From assembly GCF_032191835.1 (NCBI RefSeq), contig NC_083237.1, positions 8,618,001 through 8,682,000 of the forward strand: DNA of 64,000 bases, read 5' to 3'. Made by a program: the position numbers and the translations under genes. The stretch is from Heteronotia binoei (taxonomy: Eukaryota). This document shows, in pieces, positions 11,242-24,488 of this stretch (its first letter is position 1; each line of letters begins with the position of its first letter). The notes below the pieces were generated by a model, which was given only the letters and a program-made list of their open reading frames with translations, ran no database searches and was not told the origin of the DNA.

Positions 11242-12238
11242 AGGCATTTTTTTTACATTTTTTTACTCCTGTTGTATATATGGAGAATCAGTTGACCCAC
11301 TGCAAGAATATCACATATTTTAACCCAACATTATGGAACTTGTATATACACACACAACATATAAGTTCTATAATGTTGGGTTAAAATACACACACACACA
11401 AATCATACTTGTCATTTTATGTTTGTTCTTCAATCGTGTGCATAGTTTAGCCAACATTTTTGCCTTTTCATCAGCAGTGCCCATCAGTCATTTGTATAAC
11501 AGATCCCTCTCATCCATCTTTTTTCAATTATTATTTTGACAGTTGCTAGTAAGTAACAGAGTGAATAAGTCAATTCATCAAACATTATCTTCCATACTCA
11601 ATAGGGGTATGCAAGAATTTTTAAATTATTTCCTATACCAGGTTCAGGGAGGTCCCCCTCCGTAATTTCTTATGCTCATATAGGGCATTGCTGGTTTAGG
11701 ATTTAAATCAGTGTTTTTGTTGTTTTTAATAACATTTTTAGATCATTATTTTTAATAGGGAATCTACTGGAAAGTCTGGAACAGCTTTTTATAAAGATGA
11801 CACTACTAAGAAAGTATGAGAATGTTATAGAATACAAATAAAGGTTCTAATAGGTGTTATACTGGACTTTTAAACTATCACATTATGTTATGTTTATACA
11901 TATGAATGAAATACTCTCATGTTAATATGCTAATACATTGTGTTACATGATGCATTTTTAAACTATTTCCCACAAATTCTTTTAACATATTTTTATATTG
12001 TTTAAGAAATATCCTTAGTATCTTTAAAATGGCCCATATATTGCGTATTTGGGTAAATATAAAAAAAATCTTATTGTGTGTTTTTCTCTGTATCTATTTT
12101 TTCTTTCTGTACACACACACACACACTTTTTCAAATGAATTGGACCAAAGAATTAAATCATACAATCAAAATACATCTGTCACTGAGATAAAATGGTGCC
12201 ATCCACTGTTTGTGTTGTTGTTTTGAATTATCTGCCTG

Positions 12239-12750
12239 TGTTGCGGGGAAACCCTATTTATACATTACCAATTCCTGCCGGATCAATAACGGAGGCTGCG
12301 GAAACGAGGAATCAGGAAAACAGCATCTTTATTTAACGTGCATAAGCGCTCTACACACGGGTTCCAGACCCGAGGGTCTGAGCAAATGCCTGCAGCTGCG
12401 TGCCCTCTTTTATAGGGCGTCTCTACCTCAACCTTGGAGGACGCCTACGTCATACTTTAACCACATTTCGGGTTGTTTTTCAGCTCTCTGGGCCCCTCTT
12501 GGAGCCCCTCTTGTGCCAGTTTACCAGCTCCCTGGCCCTTTGTTAGGGCTCCTATTTGTCCCCTGTTTCCCCACATGGAACTATTACACACCACATTCCT
12601 ATTGCTACACTGCTTTTTGCTAGCGCCTAATGAAGTTCCCTTTTACGCTTCCTACTGGCGCTTCTGTGCTTTCCACTCCGAAAGGGCAATGACCTTTTGT
12701 AGTTCCCTTTTTCTCAGCCAGCAAAATTCTTTTGCTTTAAAGCTGTTACA
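12239..12750 (-). mobile_element. Probable solo LTR (ERV/Gypsy type)
   Basis: On the minus strand it begins TGTAAC, has TATAAAA (about 12409-12415), then AATAAA about 80 bp downstream, and ends CCGCAACA; no TSD found. Confidence 0.6.
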
Positions 12751-13275
12751 GATAATTATTGCCTAAAAGCACTGTTATTTAATTCTAGCATCACCAAACC
12801 ATATATATTGATTAGGTATTGGTATTGATTCTTGTTCTTATCGATCCACCGCTATACCTGCTTTGTTGAGGTCTGTTCTCTGCTTCGTTTCACAAGGTGG
12901 AAAAAGAGGGCGGTTTTCAGAGGGAGATGGAATCACTGGAATCCCAATGACATCAAAATTGCACTCAAAATGGACCAGGGTGGGGGGACAGATGGAGCTG
13001 CTGGCTGCAAAGATCCAGGGTGAGGGAAAGGGAGGTGGAAGGAAACCCCCCTGCTTGCACACAAGGTGCAGTCCCTTCTTGACCCCAAAATTTTAGGATT
13101 GGCTGCCTCAATGGCCCCTTTCAGAGCCTTCAGCTTTTGCCTCTACCCCAGAAAGCTTCTAAGAAACAGCAAGCCCTGCAGTGGAGGGGAAAAGGTGCCC
13201 CCAACATTTTAAAAAGCCCCCCCACACACACTTTTAAAATCCTGGCTACAGCCCTGATGTAGTTTCATCCAACTC

Positions 13276-13490
13276 TGAATTCACTGCCACAGGAGGTGGT
13301 GGTGGCTACAAGCATAGACAGCTTCAAGAGGGGGTTAGATAAAAATATGGAGCAGAGGTCCATCGGTGGCTATTAGCCACAGTGTGTGTGTGTGTGTATA
13401 TATATAATTTTTGGGCCACTGTGTGACACACAGTGTTGGACTGTATGGGCCGTTGGCCTGATCCAACATGGCTTCTCTTATGTTCTTATG
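13276..13490 (+). mobile_element. CR1 LINE 3' fragment
   Basis: GAATTCACTGCCACAGGAGGTGGTG...GGCTTCTCTTATGTTCTTATG tail, matching the 3' end of the long copy at 43641. Confidence 0.88.
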
Positions 13491-13492
13491 TT

Positions 13493-13625
13493 TTAACCAA
13501 CCAGCCACAGCTTCCAATGCCTTGACCAGAATATCTGGAGCAGAGTCTGACCAGCCATCCATCAACAGATGCAGCTGGGTGTCATCGTCATACAGGTGAC
13601 AGCCCTGCCCAAGCCCCCAATTCAG
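13493..13625 (-). mobile_element. L2 reverse-transcriptase fragment
   Basis: Minus-strand translation GCHLYDDDTQLHLLMDG...LEAVAGWLK (degenerate YADDTQL motif). Confidence 0.7.
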
Positions 13626-14296
13626 TTGGGTGATACACGCGTACATACACAGACATGCATAGAAGATGGATAGATTTACAGCAAATAGAGACAATAACTA
13701 ATTGACCGTCCAGGTTGAGAGGAAGTACACCTTTGAATGCTCCCTTCAAGGAGCTGAGGGCTGTTTCTTTCATGCATTTCTTGACAGCAAAGGCTGTGCA
13801 CCCCGTGGAACAACCCGCTGTTAAGAAAAGTAATAAAACGACCTGGCAGAGAAAAGCTTCAGGTATTGAGGAACTTTCTTGTAGTTGAAATGTTAGACAT
13901 CCTATTTTCTTCATTTTTTTGATCCTTCTTTCATGACTCTGAGAATTGAGAAGAGAAACTGACATGAAACACCACAAGGGAAAGATTTCTGATACATGAA
14001 CGATGGGGGTTCAATGGAGACGTTGGGTGCATTCACGGTGGATCTTTCATGAATGCTAAATCATCAGTATTTCTCTTGACTTTTGAGCCACTGTGGAGCC
14101 TAGGAGTGAGGAGTTCCTCCCCCCCACCCCAAAGCCAACACTTTAGTCAGATTGTTTTTTGACAGCCTCACAACAGGCTCCTTCATCGTTTACAAATCAC
14201 ATGAAAGAAGGTCAGCAGGAAAAATGGAAAGCCCAGCCCGGTGTTTTGTTGATGCATATTGCCTGAGGATTGCATGTGTACATTTTGATATATAGC

Positions 14297-15297
14297 TAGG
14301 GTTGCCAGGTCCAATTCTTTAAAGCCTTTAAAGCCTTATATGGCCGAGGACCTGCCTACCTGAGGGACCGTCTTTCCCCATATAAACCCCAGAGAGCACT
14401 GAGGTCAGCTGGGAAAAACCTAATGACCATCCCTGGGCTGAAGGAGATTAAACACCAGAATATTAGAGCATGGGCCTTTTCGATCGCGGCCCCTACCCTA
14501 TGGAACCGACTCCCCGAGGAGGTGCGGGCCCTGCGGAGCCTTGATCAGTTCCGCAGGGCCTGCAAGACCACCCTTTTTAAACTTGCACACTCGGACTGCT
14601 AAAGAGGATCGGTAATTAAGGATCCGCCAATGCGGTCTAAAGACCTATACCGCTGTATAACTGCATTTATTAGACTGGTTTTAATGTTATTAAGCTTAAT
14701 GTTTTAATGTTTTATATTGTAAATCTAAGGCTCTATTTATTACTGTATGTTTTTATAAAATGTTGTTAGCCGCCCTGAGCCTGCCGAGGTGGGGGAGGGT
14801 GGGATATAAATAAATAAATAAATAAATAAACTCAAGAAATATCTGGGGACTTTGGGGGTGGAGCCAGGAGCAAAGGTGTGACAAGCATGATTGAACTCCA
14901 ATGAGAGTGCTTGCCATCACATTTAAAGGGACCTTTTAAATGCCTTCCCTTCATTTGGGAATACTGGAGCATAGGGGTGCCTTCTTTTAGGGCTCATAGA
15001 ATTGGACCCCATGGTTCAATCTTTTTAAAGCAGGGCGGGGGAGGGTGCTGATGAGTGGCACCAGATACTATTCTGAAAATTTAGTGCCTATACCTCAGCA
15101 AACAGCTCGCTGCTCCCAGAGCTCCAGATACCCATGGATTGATTCTCCATTATAACTGATGGGGAACCAGTTTCCATAAGGTATAATTGAGTACCCAGCA
15201 GACATTCCCTCCCCCTTCCCTTTCTGACAACCCTGAAGTAGGGGGAGGGCCTCCAACCCAGGGGAATCCCCTGCTCCAACTGGGGACTGGCAACGAT
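14297..15297. mobile_element. Non-autonomous DNA element with AGGGTTGCCAG/CTGGCAAC termini, interrupted by L2
   Basis: Termini at 14297 and 15287-15294; the body resumes after the L2 tail at about 14831; similar termini recur near 29610, 36943 and 55930-56150. Confidence 0.6.
14322..14830 (+). mobile_element. 5'-truncated L2 LINE 3' fragment
   Basis: TTTAAAGCCTTATATGG...GGACCTGCCTACCTGAGGGACCG homologous to 1320-1590; tail GCCGCCCTGAGCC...(TAAA)n. Confidence 0.88.
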
Positions 15298-16153
15298 ATA
15301 ACGTAGTTGATGCTGTGAGTTTCCTTGAGAAACTGAAGAAAGGTGGGATATGCATGTGTTAGTTCAATAAGGCTGCAGTTCGAAGCAGATTTACCATTGA
15401 GAGGCAGTATTGAGCTCAGCTGTAATTTATGGCGACATGATTAATATTGCATTCACAGCCTCGGGTTCCAAATCAAGGCAGTGGCTTCAGCTCAGGGCCA
15501 TACTTTCATTTGGTTGCTTAGCGCTGATGAAGACTTAGAAGCCATGTCCCATTCTCTGGCCCACTAAATCCTCAAAGAAGCTACCCTGAATTTAAAACGA
15601 CCCCACTTAATACAGTTATACTTGTCATAACTGCAACTTTCATGTGAATGAAAGAAAACCACTCTCTTTGTGGCATATCTTGGATGGAGGGGGACACACC
15701 TAGTCTTACATTTGAGTAAATAAGGCATTTCTTTACATTGTTTTCAAACCAGACCACTACGTACTTGCTGTCAAAGTTTCCACTCCCAAAGTTTCCAAAA
15801 GTGCTCAAACTCTGCAGATGTGATTATCTCTCTCTCTCTCTCTCTCTGCAATTATCTAAACCCCTTCAATTGTTTCATCATAACCAAAGTAGCATAAGTG
15901 TCTGGTAAACAAGTTTGAAAGAGGTGATAAATGCCCACATCCCTGTGCAGTTAAGAAAGGTTGAAAGAAAAAGGCAGAGGGAGCTATCAGTTCTGCTTTA
16001 TACTTGGTTAGAATCAATCAGCCTTGAGATAGGTATCAGTGCAACCTCCTCTGTTTTCCTCTCTGTGTTTACTGGTAGAAGTCGACTATTGTGTTTCCCT
16101 TTAAGGGACATATTACTGCAGCCAGTGAGGTGGGCACAAAAGAGTCTGCCCCA

Positions 16154-16368
16154 ATGGTGAAGCTGATGATCGTACTGATTCTGTTTCTTCTCATGGCGTA
16201 TGAAGTAGATACTTGGAGATGTCATATGAACGACCCCATTCCAGTTCTACATGACTTCTATCAGTCCGGGGACATCCTTATTGGTGGGATTGTTTCTCAG
16301 ATTGTTTACCTTGTTCATATATCTCTTTTCAATGAGCATCCCTCTGATGGATTGTTTGACTTTCCAGA
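16154..16368 (+). CDS. Vmn2r: V2R gene B exon 1 (signal peptide)
   Basis: ATG at 16154, hydrophobic leader MVKLMIVLILFLLMA, YQSGDILIGG motif, GA|GTAAG donor (phase 2). Confidence 0.9.
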
Positions 16369-17388
16369 GTAAGGATTTCCACACTTCATTTGAATCGTAT
16401 GAGCCTGGTTGGATCAAAAACCCTAGCAATTGTTCTTGACAATGAGAGGATGGTCATGTTTATGGTGTTTCTTCTCCCAGAGTGAGAACTCTTCATATTT
16501 TTAAGGCTGGGATGAAGTGGAGGAAAGAGAGAGAGAGATTTCAATGGCTTTAGACTTGGGAAACTATAGGAATGCATTGACCATATGTTAATAACACCAG
16601 ATTTGGAGTCAATTACATGCATGCAAGTACTACAGACTACAAAAATATGGTAAAAGCTGTGAAAAGGGCAGGGGTCTTTTTCTTTTGTGGTAGATGAGTT
16701 TAAAACTCTTTCCCACATTCCCATCTGTAGCAGATAGATGCTCCATGAAAAGGCAATGCAATTACTGTGGGATGCTGCCATCCTCTATAGTTCATAAACC
16801 TATGCTTAGAGTAGAGGGAGTAAATTTTATGTCTCTCTTCCATAATACTTGTAACTCATGATACTTGAACTACGAAGGGCCCAATGAAACCGATGGGCAA
16901 ATGGATTAAGGATGGGGAAAGGAGCAAAATGTTCACGCAACAAGTAAATCACTTGTGGAATTCAGTGCTAGTGGACATAGTGATGCACAGATGTTTCTAA
17001 AAGTCTGATTCATGGTGGAAATGTTGATTGACCAAAGAGAACCTCCATATTCAGAGGCATTAAAACTTGGAATACCACTGATAGGAAAATCAGCAAAGGG
17101 CTTCTTTTGGATCTCCAGGGCAACTAGATGACTGCTCCATGTGACAGGATGCATGCCCATTCGGCAGGTCTTTTCTTATGTCCTTGAAGGTTTTGCTGCT
17201 GCATTGCTGAGGTCCATGGAAACAAAATGGTGGCATCTTGTCCTTTCCAAACATATGAACCACAAGTTTCCATGCATTGCGCTTCATGCTATCTTACATG
17301 CTGTAGCTACTGAGGTACATTTTAAACTATCGATAACATATTAGAGGATAACAGAGTGTTACACAGTATTGATCTTGGTGTCTAATAT

Positions 17389-17910
17389 TATTTATTTAAT
17401 TTATATCCCGCCCTCCCCATCAAAGGCAGGCTCAGGGCGGCTCACAGAAGGGTCGACGCAAGCACATCAGTGTGACCGATAAAATAAACAGCAATAAGAA
17501 CATAAAACATAAAAACAATTTAAAAACATTTGCATGTGCTACTATCATACTTTCAGCCAGTATTTATATTCAGGTGGTTAGCTGTACTCAGAGGTCTCAG
17601 GATCGCCGCAGTGTGGTGTGGTAGGCCATTGGTGGTGTTCTTAAGGGCCAGTTCCGTTGCTGCAGATGTAAACATCATGTAAATGCCTGGCAGAAGAGTG
17701 CCGTTTTGCATGCCCTGCGGAACTGTGAAAGCTCTCGCAGGGCCCTAACTTCCTCTGGCAACTCATTCCACCAGCTAGGGGCAGCAACGGAAAAGGCCCT
17801 GGCTCCCGCTGTTTTGAGCCTCACTTCTCTGATGCTGGAGGCTGTCAACAGGTTTTGAGACCCGGACCAAAGTGCTCACTGGGGTATATGCAGGGAAAGG
17901 CGGTCCCTAA
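17389..17910 (-). mobile_element. L2 3' fragment
   Basis: Reverse tail TTTATATCCCGCCCTCCCC...CAGGGCGGCTCAC and CCTGGCAGAAGAG..GCCCTGCGGAACT body. Ends approximate. Confidence 0.75.
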
Positions 17911-17997
17911 TAAATGCTCTTAGTGTTGAGGAATACATTTACTAGCTCATGAACCAACAATAGCAACTCTAATTACCTTATGCTGGGGTAATTCAAC

Positions 17998-18366
17998 CAT
18001 AAGAACATAAGAGAAGCCATGTTGGATCAGGCCAACGGCCCATCCAGTCCAACACTCTGTGTCACACAGTGGCAAAAAAATTTATATATACACACACACT
18101 GTGGCTAATAGCCACTGATGGACCTGTGCTCCATATTTTTATCTAAACCCCTCTTGAAGGTGGCTATACTTATGGCCGCCACCACCTCCTGTGGCAGTGA
18201 ATTCCACATGTTAATCACCCTTTGGGTGAAGAAATACTTCCTTTTATCCGTTTTAACCTGTCTGCTCAGCAATTTCATCGAATGCCCACGAGTTCTTGTA
18301 TTGTGAGAAAGGGAGAAAAGTACTTCTTTCTCTACTTTCTCCATCCCATGCATTATCTTGTAAACC
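17998..18366 (-). mobile_element. 5'-truncated CR1 LINE, antisense in gene B intron 1
   Basis: Reverse tail CATAAGAACATAAGAGAAGCC; ORF 18105-18395 reads VYKIMHG...KYFFTQRVINMWNSLPQEVV; AACCATAA at both junctions (17995-18002, 18363-18370). Confidence 0.9.
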
Positions 18367-18431
18367 ATAACAGGCTTGTGGTAAACCTTTGTCAAATTCC
18401 ACCATTAAAGATCATGAAATTCTGTTCACAG

Positions 18432-18723
18432 CATGCTGATAAAGTTCTACCAGCATGTCCTGGCTCTGGTGTTTGCTGTAGATGAAATCAACCAGAATCC
18501 CAAGATCTTGCGCAATGTCACTCTTGGGTTCCATATTTGTGACAGCTACTACAGTATCCAAATGACCTATCGCACCACCCTTCATCTCCTCTTTCAGTCG
18601 AGCAGGTATTTCCCCAATTATGAATGTGATATTCAGAAAAATGTAATGGCTGTCATAGGAGGACTAAGCTCTGACATCTCCTTACATATGACAGACATCT
18701 TAAGTCTTTACAAGATTCCACAG
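18432..18723 (+). CDS. Vmn2r: V2R gene B exon 2
   Basis: ACAG|C acceptor, CAG|GTAAG donor, 292 bp; KFYQHVLALVFAVDEIN..P.IL.NVTLGFHICDSY...LYKIPQ. Confidence 0.93.
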
Positions 18724-19225
18724 GTAAGATTTTTGCGCAGAGTATTTTCAAATTACATCTTTCTTTCTGGGTGTTATGTTGAAGTTCAGAAGGAGGAGGA
18801 GGGAGGATAGAAAGAAAAACAAATTGTGCCTGATGCATAAGATAAAGGGGACATAAAATTGTACTGCTTGACTTGGTCAGAGGGTCTTGAGTAAGGTCTT
18901 GTTAGAAATCTAGTTATTTTGGTCATTTGCAATCAAATGCATTATATTACAACATGCAGTAAGAATAGTCTGATGTGGATGTTTGGTTACTCACTTTAGT
19001 CTGAAGCCCGCTTGTCCATTAGAGTCAGACAAACATTCAGCAAAACTTTCCCTTGTCTTTGAACCGTTTTTGCTTCAAGCAAACAGTGTAGCATAGGTTA
19101 TTTCAAGTTTAAGTTTTACTAAGCAGTTCTAAAACTTCCTTCAGCACACATTGTAGCTCAAACCAGCACAGGCACACACACTCCTCTCTGTAAATTTCTT
19201 TCAATATCTGTGCGTTGCCTTTCAG

Positions 19226-20089
19226 GTTGCCTACGGGTCATTTCCCCAAGAGGAGAGTAATACGAGACAGTTCCCTTCTGTTTACCGCATGGTTCCAAAT
19301 GAAACCCAGCAATACATCGGAATGATCAAATTACTTCAGCATTTTGGGTGGACGTGGGTCGGTCTCTTTGCTGTGGATGACGACAGCGGAGGCCACTTCT
19401 TGCAGACCCTGGAGCCGTTGTTTTCCCAGCATAGAATCTGTTCGGAATTTACAAAAAGAATCCCAAACCAAGTCAATTGGGATACCTTCTATGAAGTTTA
19501 TAATATTATGTCAGTTATATATCTGCCTTTCAGAGATAGCAAAGCCAACACATTTATCTTCTATGGAGAATCAAGGACAATCATATCATTGAATGATTTT
19601 CTGTTTCTAGCAGATTACAGCTCTAAGGGAAATACATATTTGAGAAAGGTGTGGATCATGACGGCCCAAGTTGATTTTGCATTAACAGGCACTCAGAGGA
19701 CCTGGGATTTCAATGTTTTCCAAGGGGCACTTTCCTTCAGAATTCACTCAAATGACCCTTTAGGGTTCCACAACTTTCTTCAGAAAATCAAACCATATAG
19801 GGAACAAAAAGATGGTTTTCTGAAGGAGTTTTGGGAACAAGCATTTGATTGTTCCTTACTCGATCACCAGAATTCAGAGAAGGATGACACCTTATGTACT
19901 GGGGAGGAGCTCCTAGACAGCCTTCCAGGGCATATTTTTGAAATGAGTATGACTGGCCACAGTTACAGCATCTACAATGCTGTCTATGCCGTGGCATATG
20001 CTTTGCATGCAATGCACACATCTGTGTCCAATCACAGAGAAATATTATGTCGCAAAAGACTTGATTTTCACCATCTCCATCCTTGGCAG
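19226..20089 (+). CDS. Vmn2r: V2R gene B exon 3
   Basis: TTCAG|GTT acceptor, CAG|GTATG donor, 864 bp, open frame with V2R ectodomain motifs. Confidence 0.94.
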
Positions 20090-20347
20090 GTATGGTAATG
20101 AATACACTGGTACAAAATAGGGCAATGAATTTTGAGAGAATGAATGCACACAGTATTCAGTGAAAAAAAGTGTGAGTGCTGCTGAAAAAAAAAAAGATTA
20201 AGCATAGATTTTTATTCCTCTCAGGCTGCAAAGTAGCTGCATTGTCTGTTTTTTTTTCAACATGACATGTCATAAAGCAACGATTAATGTTTACGATCTC
20301 AACATTAAGACCACAATATTTTGTTTCTTGCTTTTTCTTTCAACCAG

Positions 20348-20575
20348 CTACACTCCTTTCTTCAAGGGATTTCATTTAACAACTCAGCAGGCGAACGTGT
20401 GTCTTTTGGGGATAACAGGGAAACGGGAGATGGATTTGATATCATGAACTTGGTCACATTCCCAAACAAGACTTTTGTTACAGTGAAAGTTGGAAGTGTG
20501 TCTTTCAAAGCTCCAGAAGGACAAGCATTCATCCTTCATGAGGAAAGAATTGTGTGGCAAACAAGTTTTAACCAG
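20348..20575 (+). CDS. Vmn2r: V2R gene B exon 4
   Basis: CAG|CTA acceptor, CAG|GTGCA donor, 228 bp; near-identical to gene A exon 4. Confidence 0.93.
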
Positions 20576-22451
20576 GTGCAGATTGTGGGCTCTTCACAGG
20601 TGTCATTCGTTCTCTGTTTGAGTGATTCGGGGAAAGCTGCTTTCTCTTCTTCTTATCATTGCCCTGTGTTTTGATTGGCTTCATAATAAAGTTAGAAAAC
20701 TGTGATTTTGGAAGCTCTGCTATTAAAACACACACACACAGGCACACACATAAGGTCCAAAGTGCATGCACATCAATACTTTACATAATATAAAAACATA
20801 AGAAGAGCCCTGCTGGATAAGACCAGTTGTCCATTTAGTCCAACATACCATCTCACACAGTGGCAAACCAATTGCCCTAGATTGCCAATGACAAGGAATA
20901 GAGGTCAAGGCCTTCCCCTGATATTGCCTTCTGACACTGGGATTCTGAGGTTTACTACCTCTGATGGATATAGAGGTTCCCTTTAGTCACCATGGCTATG
21001 AGCTACCTATCATCTCGGAATCTGTAGAACAACCTTTTCATGTCTTTCATGACTATTGCCATCACTACACCATTTGAAAGCAAATTCCACATTTTAATTA
21101 CTCTGAGGAAAGAAGGATTTCCTGTCATGAATTTACTCCCCATTGATTTTATTGGGTACCCTCAAATGCTGGTCTTTTGGAAGATGGAGAAAAAACTCTG
21201 TGTCCAGCCTCTGTAACTTTTGAAATTTCTGCCATGTCCCCTCTTAGATGTCTCTTTTCTAATCTGAAAAGTCACAGGATCTTCAACTTTTCCTCATCAA
21301 AATGGTGCACCACCTGCTTCTAGTTGGCATTTATTGTGTACTACACATATATTAAACTTCAGTTCAGAAAACTTCCCATTATGCCACATACTACGCTGAG
21401 ATTACTCTAATATACCATCACCATTAGCTAACAATTCCTTTCAATAAAAGATGAAGAATTTGGTTGAGCAATGTGGCCAGACCGGAGCAAGGGCTTTGGG
21501 TCTGAAACAAATTGCCCTCTGGGCAGCTCTTCTCTAATCAAATGTAACACTGACTTCCCTTGAATACCTTTGTTTCCTACAGCATTTGAAAACAGTTGTG
21601 TATTTTCCATATAAGTGAAGTGAGTTGGACTCTCCCATACCTGCATTAAAATTTGCTAGATTTGAAAAGAGCTCCCCCCCATAAAGATCTAGGCAGAATA
21701 TTCAAGTTCTTTTTGGCAAGCCACAAATTTCCTTCAGCAACTTGAAAAGCTTGCAAAAATAACCTGAGCCACTGCTGAAGAAACTGTTAAAATGGCAAAT
21801 TCAAAGCAGTCTATCAGGACTTACAATTTTGCCTTAAAATTCTGCTTCACCCTCTCCACACAAGCATTTTTTTTGCTGGCTGCTGACCCACCAGCCTTCC
21901 CTTTAACATCATGTCACCTGCTTTGAGATGTTGGGGGTGAGGTGGTTAAATAAGCCTGGTTCTTATACAGTTTAGACCAGAACTAGTTTGGCAAGGATAG
22001 CGTGGGCTGATCATGTAGTGATGGAGGGGTCTTGAACACACCATGTGACAGGATGAGGCCAGGAAAGAGTGCCCTTGAGGCTGAACAACATCTTTCTGAA
22101 CCTGATATTGGCTACCCAATGTGTCGTGAGAAGGAGAGGGCACTGGGCACCTTCCAGCATATTGGAAGACACAGGCCCAGGTTGGTGCCAGGATGTGTCT
22201 GTCCACCAAAAGCAACCATTGCCAGGCTCCCTAGCACAGCCCACCCATTTAAATATGTTAGCATATTTATAAGATGGCGTAGATCTGCATAATGAATTTA
22301 TTCAAATTCTTAAACCCAATGCTATTACCTTCATTGGGGGTACCTGGGGCAAACGATGTTTGTGATTATTTCCCCTTTACCTGTCAAGTACACAGTAAAA
22401 TAGTGTCTAGTTTCTCCCACTGTACTGTTTTTTTCTCTCTCCCCCGAACAG

Positions 22452-22578
22452 GGAATTCCCATTTCTGCGTGTAATGACTACTGCCACCCTGGTTTTCAGA
22501 AGAAAAAAAAGGAAGGGGAGAAATTTTGCTGCTATGATTGTGTTCCTTGCCCGGAAGGAAAGATTTCAAACCAACAAG
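22452..22578 (+). CDS. Vmn2r: V2R gene B exon 5
   Basis: ACAG|GGA acceptor, G|GTAAG donor, 127 bp; [42 protein letters not shown]. Confidence 0.93.
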
Positions 22579-23586
22579 GTAAGTGGTATACAGTGCAATC
22601 CTGGACACATTCACAGCAATCTAAGTAGAAACCTGTGGTCTTTGAATGGATGATCTCTGCAGAGAATTCAACGAGAAATGCTGCAGAATCAAGGCATTGT
22701 CTCTTCAAACTCCTCCATCCCAAGAGATCTCAAAATTGCCAGCAAATCTGCCAAAACCTCATACATGGTAAAAACCATTTGTGTAATGACAACAGGTGGT
22801 AGGCAGGCAGGATAGAGGAGGGCACACCAATGAAAACTGATATTATCATGAGTTAGATTCCTCTCCCCCCGCCCAAAAAAAGATAAGGATGAAATGTTAA
22901 AAATCTGAAAGAAACTTTATAAACCATTGACACAAAGTTATGTATGTATGTGCCATCCAACTGCAAAAGACTTATGGTGATGACCCTAGCAAGGGTTGGC
23001 AGAAGTGGTTTGCCATTGCCTTCCTCTGCAGAGTCTGTCTTGGTTGCCTCCCATTCAGGGACGAAACATAATAATTTGCAAGATCTGACCATACCATACC
23101 ATTCCACATCCCATTACATAAAGAACCAGAATGGAAAATGCAAGTAATAAAATGCTGCAATACCCCTAAATAAACGGTCACCTGAAAAGCCAAAAAATTA
23201 TATAATTTGGAACATAAATGGACAAAAGAAAATCAACCACGTAACAAACGAAAGGTCACACCCGAAGGGATTGAGGGCAAAAAAAAGAAAGAAAGTTCAT
23301 TTAGTACAGTGACAGAATGAAGATACAATGGCTACCAGCTCAATCACAAACTCTGAAGAAAGGGTCAGTGGCTCAATGGCTCATCTGTCTTGCATGGCAA
23401 AGGTTTCAGAGCCAAACCTCAGTGCCTTCAGATAAAACTTATCAGATGACATGAAAAAACTCTCCACATGGAAGGTTTCCTCCAATCAAAGAATAAAAGT
23501 GCTGATTTTGAAAAACCATATGCCTCATTCTGTATAAGGGAGGTTCATATGTAGAATGATTTCTGTTTTCCTCTCCCCTCTCCCAG

Positions 23587-24488
23587 ACATGGTGGATTGT
23601 ATCAAATGCCCAGAAGATCAGTATTCAAGCAAGAACAAAGATGGATGCATCAATAAAGTGATAACCTTCTTGTCATTTGAAGAACCTTTAGGCATCAGTT
23701 TAGTTTTGCTTGCTGTTTCTTTTTTCCTGACCACAGCCTTTGTGCTAGGAGTTTTTATTAAGAACAAAGACACCCCCATAGTCAAAGCCAACAACCGGAA
23801 TATCACCTACACTCTCCTTGTCTCCCTTCTGCTCTGCTTCCTCTGTTCTTTGCTCTTTCTTGGAAAACCAAACAATGTGACCTGCTTCATCCAACAATCT
23901 GCTTTCGGGATCATATTCTCAGTGCCTGTTTCTTGTGTGCTGGCCAAAACCATCACTGTAGTTTTAGCTTTCATGGCCACACAACCAGGATCTGGCCTGA
24001 GGAAGTGGGTTGGTAAAAAACTGGCCAACTCCATTGTCCTTTCCTGCTGCCTTGTGCAAGCTGGCATCTGTATCATATGGCTAGGAAGCACTCCTCCATT
24101 TCCAGATTTAGACATGTATTCCATGGCTGACAAGATTGTAGCAGAATGTAATGAAGGATCTGTGGTCATGTTTTTTATTGTCCAAGGTTACTTGGGACTT
24201 TTGTCTCTCATCAGCTTGGCTGTGGCTTTCTTTGCCAGAAAGTTGCCTGACAGTTTTAACGAAGCCAAATTCATCACCTTCAGCATGCTCATTTTTTGCA
24301 GTGTTTGGATGTCCTTTGTTCCGACTTACCTCAGCACCAAAGGGAAATCCATGATAGCTGTGGAGATCTTCTCTATCTTGGCCTCCAGTGCTGCATTATT
24401 GGGTTGTATTTTTTCCCCCAAATGCTACATCATTGTGCTGAGGCCTGAGATGAACAACAGGGAGCACCTGATAAAGAGAAAGAATTAA
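23587..24488 (+). CDS. Vmn2r: V2R gene B exon 6 (7TM); full CDS 2628 nt = 875 aa
   Basis: CCCAG|AC acceptor, 902 bp to TAA; exon phases 215+292+864+228+127+902 join without frameshift. Confidence 0.95.

Noticed and set aside
12210-12766. 137-aa and 97-aa ORFs as novel genes
   Set aside because: No recognisable motifs; they lie within a probable solo LTR.
15900-16153. Shared V2R promoter motif upstream of exon 1 in genes B, C and D
   Set aside because: Only scattered TGATAA words; no convincingly aligned block among the three upstream regions.
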